A stretch of 64,000 nucleotides of DNA from Paramecium tetraurelia. Lineage: Eukaryota. A program made the position numbers and the translations under genes. The notes under the pieces are model-generated. The model was given only the letters and a program-made list of their open reading frames with translations. It ran no database searches and was not told the DNA's origin. Below are positions 28,139-43,448 of this stretch, piece after piece; the stretch's first letter is position 1, and the number at the start of each line of letters is the position of its first letter. Location: NCBI GenBank assembly GCA_000165425.1, contig CT868274.1, positions 248,001-312,000 on the forward strand. Reading direction: 5' to 3'.

Positions 28139-31100
28139 ATGTAAACAAAGTCCAATGATTTCCGAGTGAAGACATCAAGACAAATATCAAAACGTCCTTT
28201 TTAGTAGACATCCTAGTAAGGTATTCAAGCAGTTTCGTAACAAAGTAGTTTATACTGTGAATATTAGCATTGAAAAAGAAACTTTCTCCAATCAGATTAA
28301 ATAAGTATAATGTGTTTATGGATTGTTTAAATGACTTGACATAACAAAAGTTTGAGAAATGTCAATCCAGGATATTATTTTAGCAAATTGAAGAGAAAGT
28401 TAAGAAAAATCAATTACTATGCATCTTATTCATCTAAAATGTGACTGTGTATAACAAATATGATTTACCAAACAATAAAGTATATATATGAGTAATCCAG
28501 ATTCCACCAAAATTTTCATGGGAAGCTATTTATCGAGGGAAGACATTGATTTTGACAACTCCTCATTAATATACAAAAACCTGTCATGGAATAGTTGATT
28601 TTATGTTTAAATCAAATGCCAAATATCCATTAAAACTAAAATTATTGAAAGTAAAGAATTATGAAGAACAATACATTGGAGAGATAGATTTGTCAGTTTC
28701 AGATTTTGTCGATTTTGAAGTTGTGTAAGAATATTAAGGAAAAATGATAAAGGAAACATTTGTATAGAAAGAGATGTTTAAAGTATACAATGATTAATCA
28801 GCATCAATTGGATAGGTGAGTTTGAAAATCATACAATTTTGTTCTTCGAGTGTTCCTTCAAGTATTAAATTAATTAATTGAAGATAAATCATCCAATATT
28901 CCAGGATCACCAAAGACATTAGAATAAAGAAAGAAGCATTAACAAATAGAGGAAGGAAAAGCAAAAGGGTTTGATTGGGGAAGTAGCAAAGATGAAGAAA
29001 TTATAATCTAATTGATTCTAGAATGCCAAAAGGAAATGGCATCAAAAATCAACCAAAATCTTGAAGTAGTTGTCGAGAGAATCAGATGTAAATATTGGTA
29101 TAATAAATGCTAGAGATGGAGAATACACTCTGTGGATTATTAAAAGAAAGCTGTTTTGCTCCAGACAATTTTGGAAGAAGAAATGCATTGGTTAGAATAA
29201 AGAGAATAAGAGAATTATTGGATAACCAGATCTCTGGTTTAGTGAAATAATCAGATCCTGCTTATTTGGAAATGCTTGTTTAATTAAGATTAACTACAAA
29301 ATAGGGAAGAATTAAGAAAACAGATATTGAATCTGCTCTCTTCCATTTTGGTTGTGAAGCAGCTAAACTAATAATATTGACAGTCGATGACTTTGGAATG
29401 TGTTTAGTAGATTATATGTTAGATTCTGACTCATTGCCAGAAATATTATATTTCTTCAATTAATTAGGCTTAAATGAGGATGTGTAATTAGAAATTTTTG
29501 CATAATCATTATTTTAAAATATTAAAGAGAGACTAAGAAAGAATCATTATTTGAAAGCTCTAGCTTATTTTATTAATGCTTTGAATATGTATCCAAATAT
29601 AGGGTTGATCATTGCTTAATATGCCACAAATCCTGAAAATTCATAAATTTTATCACCTTTTCTTTTGGAATTCAATATTCAGGATTATTAACATGTGATA
29701 GTTTTATCTAAATTAAGAAAATTATGCAAAAAATTCTTAAATCCAGAATTGCCATTTATGTAATCTATGGAAGAACAATATCGGAAAGCAAAATAGGAAA
29801 CATATTTCAAAATTCCTATTCTACCAAAGAAAGTCGAGACCTAAGAGAAATTTGATTTATTATAATTACCAGAATTGTAATAGAATGTATTCCATGAGAT
29901 TGTAAGGAGAAAGAGATGGAATTTATTTGCAAGATCTTGGAAGCAATTTGAACAATTCGTTTATCAACAAGATCATTAAGGAATTTCTCCTATCATGATG
30001 TTTTTAGAAAATGCACCCTTAGATTAGATACTTAATTTGGATTCTCTTCAAAATCAAACCTCATTAAGTGGTTAAACATCATTGCACTTTTTGATCATGA
30101 ACCCTGATTTATCTGTTAATTCATTATATGCCTGTATAAATAAGTTTAATATGTTGAATGATAAAGCTTGGCTTGGATTTACACCTCTGGCATTATTTTT
30201 AGATAGATTAGTATATAAATAGAAGAAACATAAAAGTAGAATTATTAAAGAATTGAAAGCTGCTCAAGAGAACAACACTAATAAAGGTGTTCAAGTATTG
30301 GAGATCTTAAGTCAATCTGCGATTAATATTGCTAAGCATTTCAATTTTAATAAGTATTTATTGTATTGCTAAAATGTCAAAAACGATAATTTCTTTGAGG
30401 ATTTCAAAAAAGAGAAGTTCAAAAAACCATTTTAATTGTAATAATAGAAAAATAAGTAAATTATTGAATGGGATCATTTTTATTATCAACACACTGTCCC
30501 AGCTATGATTTTGTGTAAACTAGATGAATCAATACAAGAATTGATATGGTAATAATTTGATTGGATAAATTGGCTATGTAGTAAATAGAATTACCCATAT
30601 GAAACATATTACAATTAAACATTAATGGTTTCAATAGCCAAAACTACTTAAACTCAATATATTTATCAATATCTAACTAAAGATGTATAAATTACATATA
30701 AAGATAACGATCAATTTAGTGGTGACAAAAACAACATCTTTGATTTCTTACCAATCTTCTAATCTATTTATTAAATAGGCGAAATAACGACAAAACTTAA
30801 AGATGATATACAAAAGAAATATAAGGGAATATAAGATATCAATAAGAAGAAAGATGACGAAGATGACAGTCCAAAGAAAAAAATAAAATTGATGTATCAA
30901 AATCTTGCCTAATAAAAATACTAATAAGTATTGGATTAACTAATGCAAGAATAATAATCTACTGAGGGAATGTTATAAAATAACTTTAAATATTAAGGTG
31001 TTGTTAATGATCTGATGGTTGCCAAAGGTCTTAACTTTGGAAAACTCTTTAGAAAAGCATATGATTCAAAATTCCATGATATGTTGAATTTCGTAGACAT

Positions 31101-34100
31101 ATTATTAAAAGCATTATATTACAATAATATGTCAGCTGCTCATTTGGCCTTATTCTTCGCTTAATTAAGATTGAACAAGAGCTAAAGAGTAGCTTAATTG
31201 AAAACCAATCAATAAATATACTTACAATCATTAAATACACATTGGTGCATAGAATTAGATTTTGCATAATTTTAGGCTATGATTAACGATATTAAAGAAA
31301 TCTGTCAATAAAATGAAGTCAACTATGTGATTTTGATTTTAGCAATGAATGGAAGATTCAATAAACTTAAATAAATCCACGATAGAATGACCAATCAAAA
31401 TTATATAATTTAAGCATTACCTATAGCGGCTCATCAAATCAATACAGTTAGAAATGCCCTCTACTATGAAAGTTTAAATAAACTATTATAAGAATGTGAT
31501 GTAAAGAGACTCTACCCTGAAGACAATCTAGATTTCTTCAAACCTCCAAAAGAAAAGGAAAAACCAAAGCCAGATCCCAAGAAACCTTTTGATAAAGCAA
31601 AACCAGTTTTTCAAAAGTGGATTATCGTTTAAGGAGCGTTAGTATATATTTTAATTATTACTAAAGACTACCTAATTATAGTAGATATATAAATTTGCAG
31701 CCAATAGTTATTAGAGAGTTAAGTCAGAATTCTCCATTCTTTCTAAACAATACTAATAATTATGGTACTAGGAATACTCATATAAATTAAGAAGATTATT
31801 CCCTAGATAAAATTTTAGATCTGTCTTTTATTCCTCAAAGTAGAAGGAATCTGATTTTGTCAAAACTATAGAGTTATTAATTGAAAAAGTACTCCTATTA
31901 AAATTGACACCTTCAGATGATTTCTTCAATTATGTCCATGTTCATGATAAGTTTTCTGAATTACTATCCTAATCTCCCAATTAGAACATTTGCATCGTTT
32001 AAGCATTTAAATCTATGATCAATCTGTTCAAATACGAATAGTCAAATGAGGTGTTATCAAGATGTATCAATTTCCTAAAGAAATACTTAAATTCCAAAAT
32101 ATTTAAAGATTTGAATGAGCCTGACACATTTAATAGAGAAAGTCAATTAATAACAAATTATTTATCAAAAAGTGATCCATCATCTACTCAATGTAAATTT
32201 GCTTGTGAAGTCTTAATACTAATGGATCAAAACTTTACCACATAAGAATTCGAAACACTCAATTTAATACAATAACCTTAATAATTAGCTAGTTTATTGC
32301 TAAAGTACAAGACATTAGAAAAAAGAACTTTGGGTTTTATTTAAAAATATTTAAATTCAAGTAACAATTAAGCCAAGCAAGCCTTACCTTTTAATGAATC
32401 AAACATGAGATATATTGTAGATTTAGCAAAGTAAGGTATAAATTTGATAAATGAGAATGCTTTGGAATTCTTTATTACAAAAGGATTGTTCAATTATTTA
32501 AAAGATTACTTCTTAAGTTCATTGAAACCTAAGGGAATGTTAAATGATGATTAAAAGTAGTTTTATTTGGGATTCGCATTTTCAAGTGGATCTTAAGAGA
32601 CAATTTAATTGTGTTTAGAAGATTTGTGTAGTCTTAAGAGTAGTGAATTAAAGCAATATATGTTGGAAGGCAATTTATTAGCTAGAGCAATTGCAAAAGG
32701 TTCTTAGGAGACATTACTATACATAACTAGGAAGATAATGAAATAGATGACTTTCAATGGCAAAGAGATTTTGAAGTTATTGCTAATTTCAGATAACGTT
32801 GCCGAGCCATTTTAATTGGATAAATAAAGGAGATCATTATTCACAACAATATTCTTATTGAATTATGATATTTTTTATAAAGAATTTTTTGTAGATTATC
32901 TCTAGAAGATACTACCTTAAGATTATAAAAATATCATGATAAAGATATTAAATGCTACAGTGTGTAAATTAGATGAAAACAATAGTTGGACTGCATTTTA
33001 ATTAGCTATTAATTGTGGATTCTTTGATGTAATATAGACAGTGTTATAATTGAATATAAATATAGATGCTTAACACTTGAAGGATATCTCAATAAGTAAT
33101 TTACCGTAAAGATGGTTATTCTAGACTCCATAATAATTGGAGAATTTATTGAAATAAGAACATTACAAATAGTTATATAAACAGTCAGCATTAAGATTAT
33201 ATAGGATTTGTAAATACCATTTATGCAGATAAGAGAAATTAAAAGAGTTGGAGATCTGCTTAAATTTAGCTCCTTTGTATAATAAGATTGGTCTATAATT
33301 ATAGAGTCAGGATCCGATCATAAATATTATTATGAATCAAAAGATAGATCCTTCAAAACAACCTTTGATTTATCTATTAAAATTGCATTTGGATTAGGTT
33401 GATAAAGCCAATTCATTCATATTGGTAGAAAGCTTTTGTGATAAACATCCTTAAATAACTCATGATAAGATATATACGTAATTGATCAAAAATAGGGAGG
33501 CTTATGAATTATTAAGAATTTATTATCCAGAATAAAATGAACCTGGAAATGCAAACTTTGATTTTGATCTCCCTTATGGTGATAATATTGTGAAGGAATA
33601 CTTGTTAATATAAGATCCTCATCAATTTCTAAGATTTATCACAACTAATTAATAATTAGTATTTTCACTAAGAGTCTTATATGATAAAAATGATGATTTG
33701 GATAAATTCTGCAATTCATTAGTTGAGCCAAAACATATTATTATTTGCGGTTTACTATTATTAATTTTGAATCCCAACAAACATTCAGAAGTTGTTCACA
33801 GTAAGTTTAAATAGGCATTTGAATTAAGAGATGATCCATCTGCCTCTTAGGTGACTAATATCTTCAGAGCTATATTGAGATACTTTGAAACAATTGAACG
33901 AGCATTTGTATTCTTTTTCACCTTAATCTAATCGTTGCTGAATAATCAAATATATTAACAACTAATCTAAATTAAACCTATTGGAGATATGAATAATTAA
34001 ATTAGTACTGAAAAACAATTTTTGGAAGATATTAAAGATGCTCTCATCTATGATACTTTTACATTGCAAGATAATGTTTGGGGATAGATATTGGGACAAA

Positions 34101-35479
34101 GTACAAAAGTATCTCATGCACTCCAATCTGACAAATGGTTTCAAGGAGTAATATTTTTAATTCTATTTTTAGTTATGTTTAATCAAGTCATTATTACATT
34201 TATGTTATTAAGCAGAATCTATAATACATGAAATTCAGACACTTAGCAAATTAGATGATTATATTTCAAGTGACTTTTGGGGAATACAATCTGCCATGAT
34301 AGAAATTAGAGCAGAATTGCATCCAGCAGAACAGGTTGCTTAACATAAAGTAATTGTATTTAAGCAATCTGAAAATAACACTTGGAAAATCAAGTATCCT
34401 TTAGGAATGGTCAAAGGTAATATTGTCTTTTAAATATTAGATACTTCATTCATTTATCCTTCCATATTATCCTCATAAAAAGGAACTGAATATGCAAAAA
34501 ATTAATTAATTTAACAGGTTTATGAACAAACTAAGTCTGATATATTGCCAAAAATTGAAAATTTCACTTTTGAGGGATATTCTCATGAGAATATTTAACA
34601 ATTAATCAAGGAAACACATGAAAATGTAGCTATAGCTGTGAACTCTTACACGTTTTAAGGAGATGGAATTTAATATAATGGAAAATAATTGACTTCCAAT
34701 TATTAAACAAAGAGAAAAAATAAGAAAGAACTTATTATGATTCCAATCACTAATCAAATTATAATTTAAGTTGTTTCTAAAGATGAATTTATAAGAAGAG
34801 AAAAATATTCCTTTTTATTCAACCAAATTATTGAAGATACATAAACTAAATATTGGACATTTTTTATTGATAAAGATTGTGTTTCATCAATTAAAGATGA
34901 TTTAATTATTATGGAATTATATGAAATGACGAAAGATAGATTAGGATATCATGTTCAATTCTAATCATTTGTTGAATGTTTCTATAACAAATTAGCTAAT
35001 GGACTAGAAAAGGCAACAAAAAAATGTACTCATAAAATAAAAATTATTAGCTATCTCACCTAAATTATGTGTAGATATAGGGCTTTAATGGGATATGTTG
35101 ACAAAAGTAATTAAACACATATCTTCTTATTTAAAATTCGCAGACAACATTTGCTTTGAAATGGCTGAAATCGATCAAAGAAAAGTAATAATTTCTCATC
35201 ATCTTAGTCTATTAATATTAAATTAGAAGGTTTTGATTCTATATTTAGATTTGGTTAAGCTGAACTTTCAGTGTCAAATAATGTTTTAATTGTCAAATTG
35301 AATATTGCCATGATGTCAAATGGAAACTTTTAACAATTATTTTAAACACAAAATAGATTGAAACTAAATAGCAGCGAAATCAAAGAATCTATAGATATTT
35401 AGGTATTATTATTTTCATATATTTAAATTAGTAATATTTATTGTCTATTTTTAATGAATAATAATTGTCACAATTATGA
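28139..35479 (+). CDS. Very large protein (over 2000 aa) with an N-terminal C2-like domain and ankyrin-like repeats
   Basis: C2-like EEQYIGEIDLSVSDF..IGQVSLKI. Ankyrin-like DHQGISPIM, SGQTSLHFL, GFTPLALFL. Long open code-6 frame with short introns. Confidence 0.65.
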
Positions 35480-35499
35480 TTTAATAATATATATCTATA

Positions 35500-38400
35500 T
35501 TAATATTATCACACCATCTTATAATCACCAAATTAGAGATAATTTCTTAAGGGATGCTTTTATTCTCTTTTATATAGTCCATAAACAAGGCTTATGAATT
35601 TACTTTTTGATTAAAATATGAAATTCAAAATGTTTGACAATAGTAATTTCTTGCTTTTTTATAATCAAGTCTTAATTGTTACTATAGTAAAATTCCGAAG
35701 TAGTAAGGTAAATCAAAAATGAAAATACATACAAAAAAATTCTATTTTAGATCTTATAATTTACAATAGTTATGTCTCTGTAATTACATAGTATGAAAAT
35801 ACCTCATAGAATTTATTTATCCAAAATTTTCCACATTTCCTATCTACTAGCAAATATATAAGTTTAAGGCTAAAAATTATTAATAAATACTAAGTTTAAA
35901 TTATAGATTGAATCAAAGGATACTTCTGTGAACTTTGTTTTGCTTTAATCTAGTTAATCTTCAAAAAGATGAACCATTAAATAATATGTTTGTTACAAAC
36001 CCTGATTTAATACCCATCAGCAATATTCTAACAATAATTTAAATTGTAGGAATTTAGTATTTACAAATATTTGAATAAAAGTAATCTTCAATTGATGATT
36101 CTCTTGATTAAAGGCTAGGAGAATCTGCTTCTGTAGCTACTAAAACAAACTATTCTATATATTATGTGTATTTATGAGATATAAAGGTCTTTAGAAAATG
36201 TAAACACCCATGAAATTGTAGTTTCAAAGTGGAATTGATTTTATGTTAGTTCAAGTTTTAGCTCATATGTATATTTTTACATGTAAATGTTATAGATTGC
36301 AGCCATCAAAAGCAAAAGTGCTATAATTACAAGATATAATAAAATCGATCTTAATTTTAGTTTAAACCAGTAATCACAACCTATAAATTTTAGTAGTTAT
36401 TAATTCTGTTGTTATCTTATAATCTCTATCAACTTTAATTACTCCATCTGAATTTAATGAAATGTAGTCTATTATAATATTCATACTTTATACTACGTTT
36501 ATATTTCATTAAAATAATTAAAACATTATCTAAGTTTTTTGTATTTAATTACACTCTCAATTGTAGACTTATCAAAATATTAAATTTGACGATACAGAAT
36601 TTAATATAGATCTACTATTTTTAATAAGTTGTAACAATTCATAGCTATTAAGATACCTAAAACTATTAAACCAGTTAACATATCAATAATAAAACTTAAA
36701 ATTCTTCATATCTTCTAATAAATTATATTACTGAACTACTTGATCGGTTTATTATAAATTGAGGAAATAGGTTTAATGTTGAATTTGTTTGAATAAAATT
36801 AAATGAAACTCTAACTCACCTTCTATAAATCCTAATGAATATTTTATTATAAAAATGGCTATTAATCTTAAATGGTTGTATGTGATATTCAAATACTTTT
36901 TGATTTTATTATGTTATTCTTTAATAAATAAATTTAAATATGGCTTAATTGAAATATCCTGAATTTATGCATCAAATATATTATCATTTAATAGACTCTT
37001 TTATCCTAACGATACATTCTGTAAGATGCTTTAAATATTTTGCAAAAATTTTAATTAAAATTCATTTTTTACATTTTTATTTATTTTCGAAAACAATCTA
37101 TTTCTAATCAAAATTCAGTAAACTATCTTACTGATCGTATCTCAAATATTACTTTATATTACACCTGAAAGATGTTCTTATTTCGAAATATTTTACATCT
37201 CATTACTCTTGATTTGAAATAATTTAAAATCTTCTAATTCTAATAGAATTTGGTATTTAGAAACTAGCAATAGTTTAGGGCAACTCCATAATAAATTAAA
37301 TTAATATTCAAAAAAATTATTCAATTAACTAGTAGTTTCAACTATTATTTTCCAATCCTCATTAATAACAACATAATTGCCTGATAATTGATGTTGAATT
37401 GGTCTAATCATAACGATAAATTCTAATAATATACATTAGTTTATGGCTATTTTTAAATATTTATTTGCAGGAATAAGTTATGAATTCTGATATTAGACAA
37501 GCATTTTCTTTCTTGCATATAATGAACTTGTCTTTCCGTTTTCAACAAATTCTTTGATTCTCAACATATGATTTCGAATCATAGAATTAGTAATAATCTA
37601 ATTAATATTACTGAATCCTTATAATCCAAAGATCTATCTAGTATATTCATACATTTGACAATAGTTCCATTTTCTTTAGTAGCTATCATTGAATAAAAAA
37701 GCTTTTTTGGATCAAAAGCCTGTCTATAATGATTTTCATAATCAGAATCTGAGTCTGAATCCTCATCACAAAAATTCTATTGCAAATTGTTTGAAATTTG
37801 ATAATCAATTGTTTATCCCTTCATTTTTTAATTGAGTACATATCTCTTATACCATATATACAAGAATTCCCATTATGGTTTTTTACTTAGATAATGTATT
37901 TCATGTTGCTAAATATAATAATAACATTTTACCACATCTTTTCACATTCAAGGATACCACTTTATATTTTATTATCTAATCTCAATAAATCAGATTCTAA
38001 AATCTTCTCCTAATCAATAGCATTCCAATATTTCAGAAAATTGTAAATTACTTCAGCTATTTTCGTTTTTATTTTCTCAAAAATCATCTCTATTTCTAGC
38101 ACATTTTCAAAATCTAGATAATTTTTATAATTATTAGAATTTTGCAGAATAATTTTATTATCCATCATCATCAATAACAAATTAAAGTCTATCTGCTAAA
38201 AAAAGTTAATTTATTAAATTTTTTATTTTAAAATTGACATCTACATTAACGCTTAAGATTTATTTTTTATAGAAAAAAATCAATATTTAGCATATTACAA
38301 TATAATCTAATAATTTTGTTTATTCTAAATAATACATTGTTCAAACAATAATTTGATTTCAAATCTGAAAAACGATTAAGAATGATATTAAACTTTTTAT
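35500..38400 (-). pseudogene. Decayed TmcB-like/PAS-domain membrane protein gene
   Basis: Fragments FLKYWNAIDQEK..ECEKMW, FLYIWYKRYVLN, GTIVKC, NSMIRNHMLRIKEFVENGKTS, broken by frameshifts and TGAs. Boundaries approximate. Confidence 0.55.
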
Positions 38401-40081
38401 GTCTAACTATTAACAAAGATTTTTCTTTTTACATCATAAAATTAGTGACATTAACAAAAACAGTATCCGATTTAACAATTATCAAGTGAGAGATCTTTTT
38501 ACTATTCTAATGTTTGATATTTTCTTTCTAATTGCGAAATGCAACCTATTTTACGATGTTTCTAAATCAACCCAATTATTATATACTTCTTATTATCTTA
38601 TTAAGCATTTAATTGGTATAAATAGTAAATTTTATTCAAGATTAATTAACTAGAGATATTATTTTACATCAAATAATATTAAATAAATTTCTTTTATACA
38701 CATATTATTACATAACAATACATTTATTTCTTGATTTAATTTTAAAACTGATAATATTATTAGAAAAGTTATTGAACTTGAAATATTTTTTATATTAAAT
38801 ATTCGCTAGGTATAATAATTAAATTTATCGATTTTAAAAAATAATTCCTTATGCTGTTGATATTTCAGATAATAATTATTACTAAATATCTTGGGTAAGA
38901 ACTGTAAGAGAACACCGAATAAGCTGAAAATGAAATGCTAATAAAATTAATTTAATTGAATATACATAATGAAGAACTGATTAAATATGAATGCTATTAA
39001 GTATGGTTATAACAATTTTAAATATAAAAATGTTAACTTATTTTAATTTTATATAGAGGATTTAATGGAGACTTAAATTTTCCAATAGTGCAGAATAGTA
39101 TATTGCTGTTTTCTCCAAAATTAATTTATAATATTTTATAATTCTTTCTGCAATATCAAATTATTCAACAATCTTTAAAGAATTTTGTTGAGAAAATTGG
39201 AATTATTATTAATTTTGATAGTTTATATTTATCCAAAAAATTTTCTATTTATAATAGTATCTAAAAATCTCATTTGATTAATTCCAAGGTATTGGGTTTA
39301 AATTATATCAATATAAGATTCTAAATTAAGAAAATTGAAAAAAAAGGTTAAGTTGATTAAAAAATAACTGATTTTGTTGTTATTGATGCAAATAATAATT
39401 ACAATTTGGGTTAAATTTGGAAACATAATATTATTGCTCCTAATGATTATATGTATTTTTAATGATTAATCGATACTAAAGATTGAGTATTTTCTTTATT
39501 ATTATTATATCATCTATTCATGTCGACTTTGCCAATATTTACTTAATGCAAAGAATATTATTTAATTTCTAACAAAATTTTGATTATTTAGATAAATTAA
39601 TATTTTTAGATGTAGTAAATAGGATGATCAAGGAGTAGATAGTGTTGAAATTTTTAGTTAATAAGAAGAAATAACATCAATTTATGAGATTACTTCTATT
39701 TTGAGAAAAGCGGTAATCTACAATAACGACTAAAGAATATGCCAATAACATAATAACAATATAATTAAGTTCATATTGATAATTTACATTCATTTTGAGT
39801 AGTATGTATTAATGTGTGAATTTGAAAGTATTATGAACAGAACTTATAGTTGATTGATGAGATTACTTTTAATAACGAATTAGTGTATCAAAAAAGTAAA
39901 AAGAATTATGCAAAAATATATTATTTAAATAGAAATAAAGTGAATAGTATTGGAAAAATGGCAATATTCATTCTGCAAAGAGTAGCGAACGTTTTTTCAA
40001 GAGAGTGCTCTTATTTGTATTAGATAATGAGATAATTTTTGAAAACTACAGAGATATTTAAAAATATTACTAATTTTTGTT

Positions 40082-40400
40082 TCAATTAAAGGTTGTACAT
40101 TTCTTCTTTGAGAGTTGGATTTGTAAATGATTAGATGTTTAAATCATTTAAGTATTGACAGATTCTTTCCTCTAGATCATTAACTTCCTCAGACGCATCA
40201 TAGCTAGAAGTTCTACTTAGACTATCTTCAGTAGTCCAAGATTATCTTAAGCTGTCTCCATCAGAATTATCACCTTAAAATCCGCCTTTAAGCAAGTCCA
40301 TTTTGACAACAAAAGATTTAATTAACTATATAAATAATACAAATTTCAGAGATTATTATTGCATTTAATTAGGAATAATTAAGTTCACATCTAATATCAT
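40082..40400 (-). CDS. Small acidic/Ser-rich hypothetical protein
   Basis: MDLLKGGFQGDNSDGDSLRQSWTTEDSLSRTSS...KCTTFN*. 5' end uncertain. Confidence 0.4.
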
Positions 40401-41820
40401 CTAATCATATTATATACTCATTAAATATAGATAAATCACATTTATACTTTAGGGGATTAACTTAATGAATAATTAAATTCTGGTAGTGAAAAAATACTTA
40501 ATAAATTAATCGAAATATAATTAGGAATTCTAACAATAATTAAAACATAATAAAACTGTGCAATCAAATTTTCAAATTAAAATAATCATAAATAGAATAT
40601 ATTTATCCTACGTTGTTTAATTAATTAGGTTTGTGACAAGAAATTCAAAAATTATACTTTATGCATTATTATGAAATCATTTGAGAGGTCTTAAATGGAT
40701 CACTAGAAAGTTTAACAAATTTAAAATGATAAATAATAGTACTATGAAACCCTTTATTCTATATTCATGCAGGCCATGTTACACCCTTTGCTCAAAAGTA
40801 ATAATAATAACAGACTTATGATAAAATAAAATTTTCAAATACTTATGCAATTTAGTAAATAATTATGAAACAATTCAACTAAAAAGGATGGATAATTTAG
40901 AAATTAATTCATAACGGAAATACTATTGAGCTCTCTATGGATATTGGCTATTTAAAATGAGAATAAGCAGAAAGAGGAGGATAGTAAATTGAAAAAGAGT
41001 TTATTTAAGAAAACATTTTAATAGCATTAAGAATTAAAGTAACAATTATAAGAATAAATTCAGGCTAAATAAATGTAATTCAAATTTATATTAATGACTT
41101 TAACATTTTTTCTAATTTCACAATAATTTGTGATAACTAAACACAAAAGAAGTCTTTTCTTTTAACCATAATAATTGTATAAAAATTTACAGATTAATAA
41201 GTTTGATAACCAAAATATATTGAAAATCTTACAAATTTCCCTATTCTTTAAATTTATACTAAAAATTCTATATTTTTTATGCTTGCAGCTTTACTAAATT
41301 TAGATTTTGCTCTCAACTTAAATATATTAGATCATCACAAGTTTTCTTAAAATCGGTATTGTTTTATAAATCAGTGATACATAATCTTCATTGAATTTTG
41401 TTTATCTATAATTAATAAACTAATTATTGGCTAAAATTGGTATAATTCAATCACTTCTAATTATTTTCACTAATCTATCAAATTTTGAATTAAATCCTAT
41501 GTCATCAGGTATTTTTTAATAACCAATTTATGATAATCAATTACTATATAAAAAATGAAATGATATATTTTTCAAATGCAGCGACAAGTCCAAGTAAATA
41601 ATCCATAAACAAATCGCTGTAATATTCATTTTTTGATTTTTGACAATGAAATAAAATATATTTCTTAAGATTTTAGTCTTATTTCATTTTTTTATATACT
41701 ATTAAATACGCTATTAAATGCAAATCTTATTTCCTCTTAAGAGAATTATAATTATTTCGTCCTTGTAGAAAACTGAAGCCCAAATTATAAATTATGAAAG
41801 AAAGCGAAGATTCGTTATTC

Positions 41821-41942
41821 TAATACTAAAATGATTTAATAATATCACTAATACTAAAATGATTTAATAATATCATTAATACTAAAATGATTTAATAATA
41901 TCATTTTAGATATTTGATTTAATAATATCATTTTAGATATTT
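41821..41942. repeat. Minisatellite: three 28-nt units, then a 27-nt variant and a partial copy
   Basis: taatactaaaatgatttaataatatca(c/t) x3, then tttagatatttgatttaataatatcat and tttagatattt. Confidence 0.9.
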
Positions 41943-42805
41943 CAATAGTTAAAGGTAAAAAGTATTATAAATCTAAAAAAAACTATGTCTCTATTCATTT
42001 GAGGTTAAGAGAGCAGGTAGCTGTTACTTAGTATGAGATTTCATATTCAGAATTCATTTAAGACTCAATTTTTTTTGTTGTTTTTGAAAGTTTTTCAGAA
42101 TTAAATAAAGAAAAAATTCATAAAATTAATATAGTACTAAATTCTTACTCAAACAAACAAGTATTTAATCGAAGCTAGAGAGATATTTTTCACCTTGTAA
42201 AAAATAATGATAAAATATTCCTACGTAGACTTTTTTTAATCATCTCCCAACCCCAACTATATATTATAATTTTAACTTTGTTATAACACTAGCAGTTTCT
42301 TTTTCATACTCCTTAATTTTAATCGATATAGAATTAAAGGGAATCAAATATAAATTTAATGCTCTGAGTAAAGTCTTATATTTAAAATGGTTTTCTATTT
42401 TTGATTTCTCTCAAATAATATTTCCAAACCAACAATTACTACAGATTTGAATAGAATGTTAGGAAAGCAAAATACTTTGTTCAAATTATCCTATTAATGT
42501 ACCAAGATTTTTTAGTTTTATTTGGAATCACCCAAAAAGTTTGATTCATCAAACAAAAAAATTTTGGCATCCTTTATAGAATTTTACAACTTTATTGGTT
42601 CAATGCTTTTTTTATTAGAATTCCACTTTAATTATAGCAGTTAATTCTATTTTATTCTTCAAAATGTAATTTATTTAAGTATTGTACTATTGTGAGTTTT
42701 ATGCGTCATAATTGTTCTCGATATAATTAATTAAAAAATAGCTTTTATATTATTTATATTAACTTATTTTTTTAGTAAGAGTATTCATATGATATGAATT
42801 TTATG

Positions 42806-43448
42806 TCAATCCATTTCTGCTTGATCGTGTTCCAGATCTTGATTAGGAGATAGACAACTATTGAATGAACTTATGGATGGAAATAGTGAATTACCGTTAG
42901 TTAATTATGATTTTTTACTGTTTTATTCATCCTATAAAGAATTTATCTAATATAATTACTGAATCAGAATCTGTATAAGACATATAATCCTAAAGTTCGA
43001 TGGATACCTTCCTTGCATTATCTAATCTCTAGAAATTTCATAATTACTTTACTCAATTTATGGTAATTCAACTTCTGAAACTAAAGATTTGATTCCAAGA
43101 ACTTGAATGGAAGGATTATTATAATTTACAATGACAATTTATTTTAGGCTTTGAACATTCATCTCCCTATTGAGACAGCATTCCCATAAAATATTTTAGT
43201 CATCAATAATAACCACTTTAAATTCTAACTTTGAATCTAGTATTACATATTTAATTTTATATACATGCAGGCAGTTCTAAAGGATAGTCAGTATACCATA
43301 AAGGGTACATGCTCTCATTAGTGAGAAGTTATAAACCATAAGTCGGATTCCAATTTCCTAATTCAGGTTTGTTTCCAACAACTTTGACATGCTAATAAAA
43401 CAGTGTTTTGCAATATATTCTAAAAAAAACTTATGTATTCATCTACAT
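42806..43448 (-). CDS. CBM20 starch/glycogen-binding domain protein
   Basis: VFFRIYCKTLFYQHVKVVGNKPELGNWNP..L.TNESMYPLW..LEFKVVI..WE...NR. Confidence 0.85.

Noticed and set aside
38900..40050. Possible decayed MORN-like repeat gene
   Set aside because: Only faint fragments; no motif can be supported.
42246..42256. cccaaccccaa, telomere-like C4A2 sequence
   Set aside because: Fewer than two full units; expected by chance.
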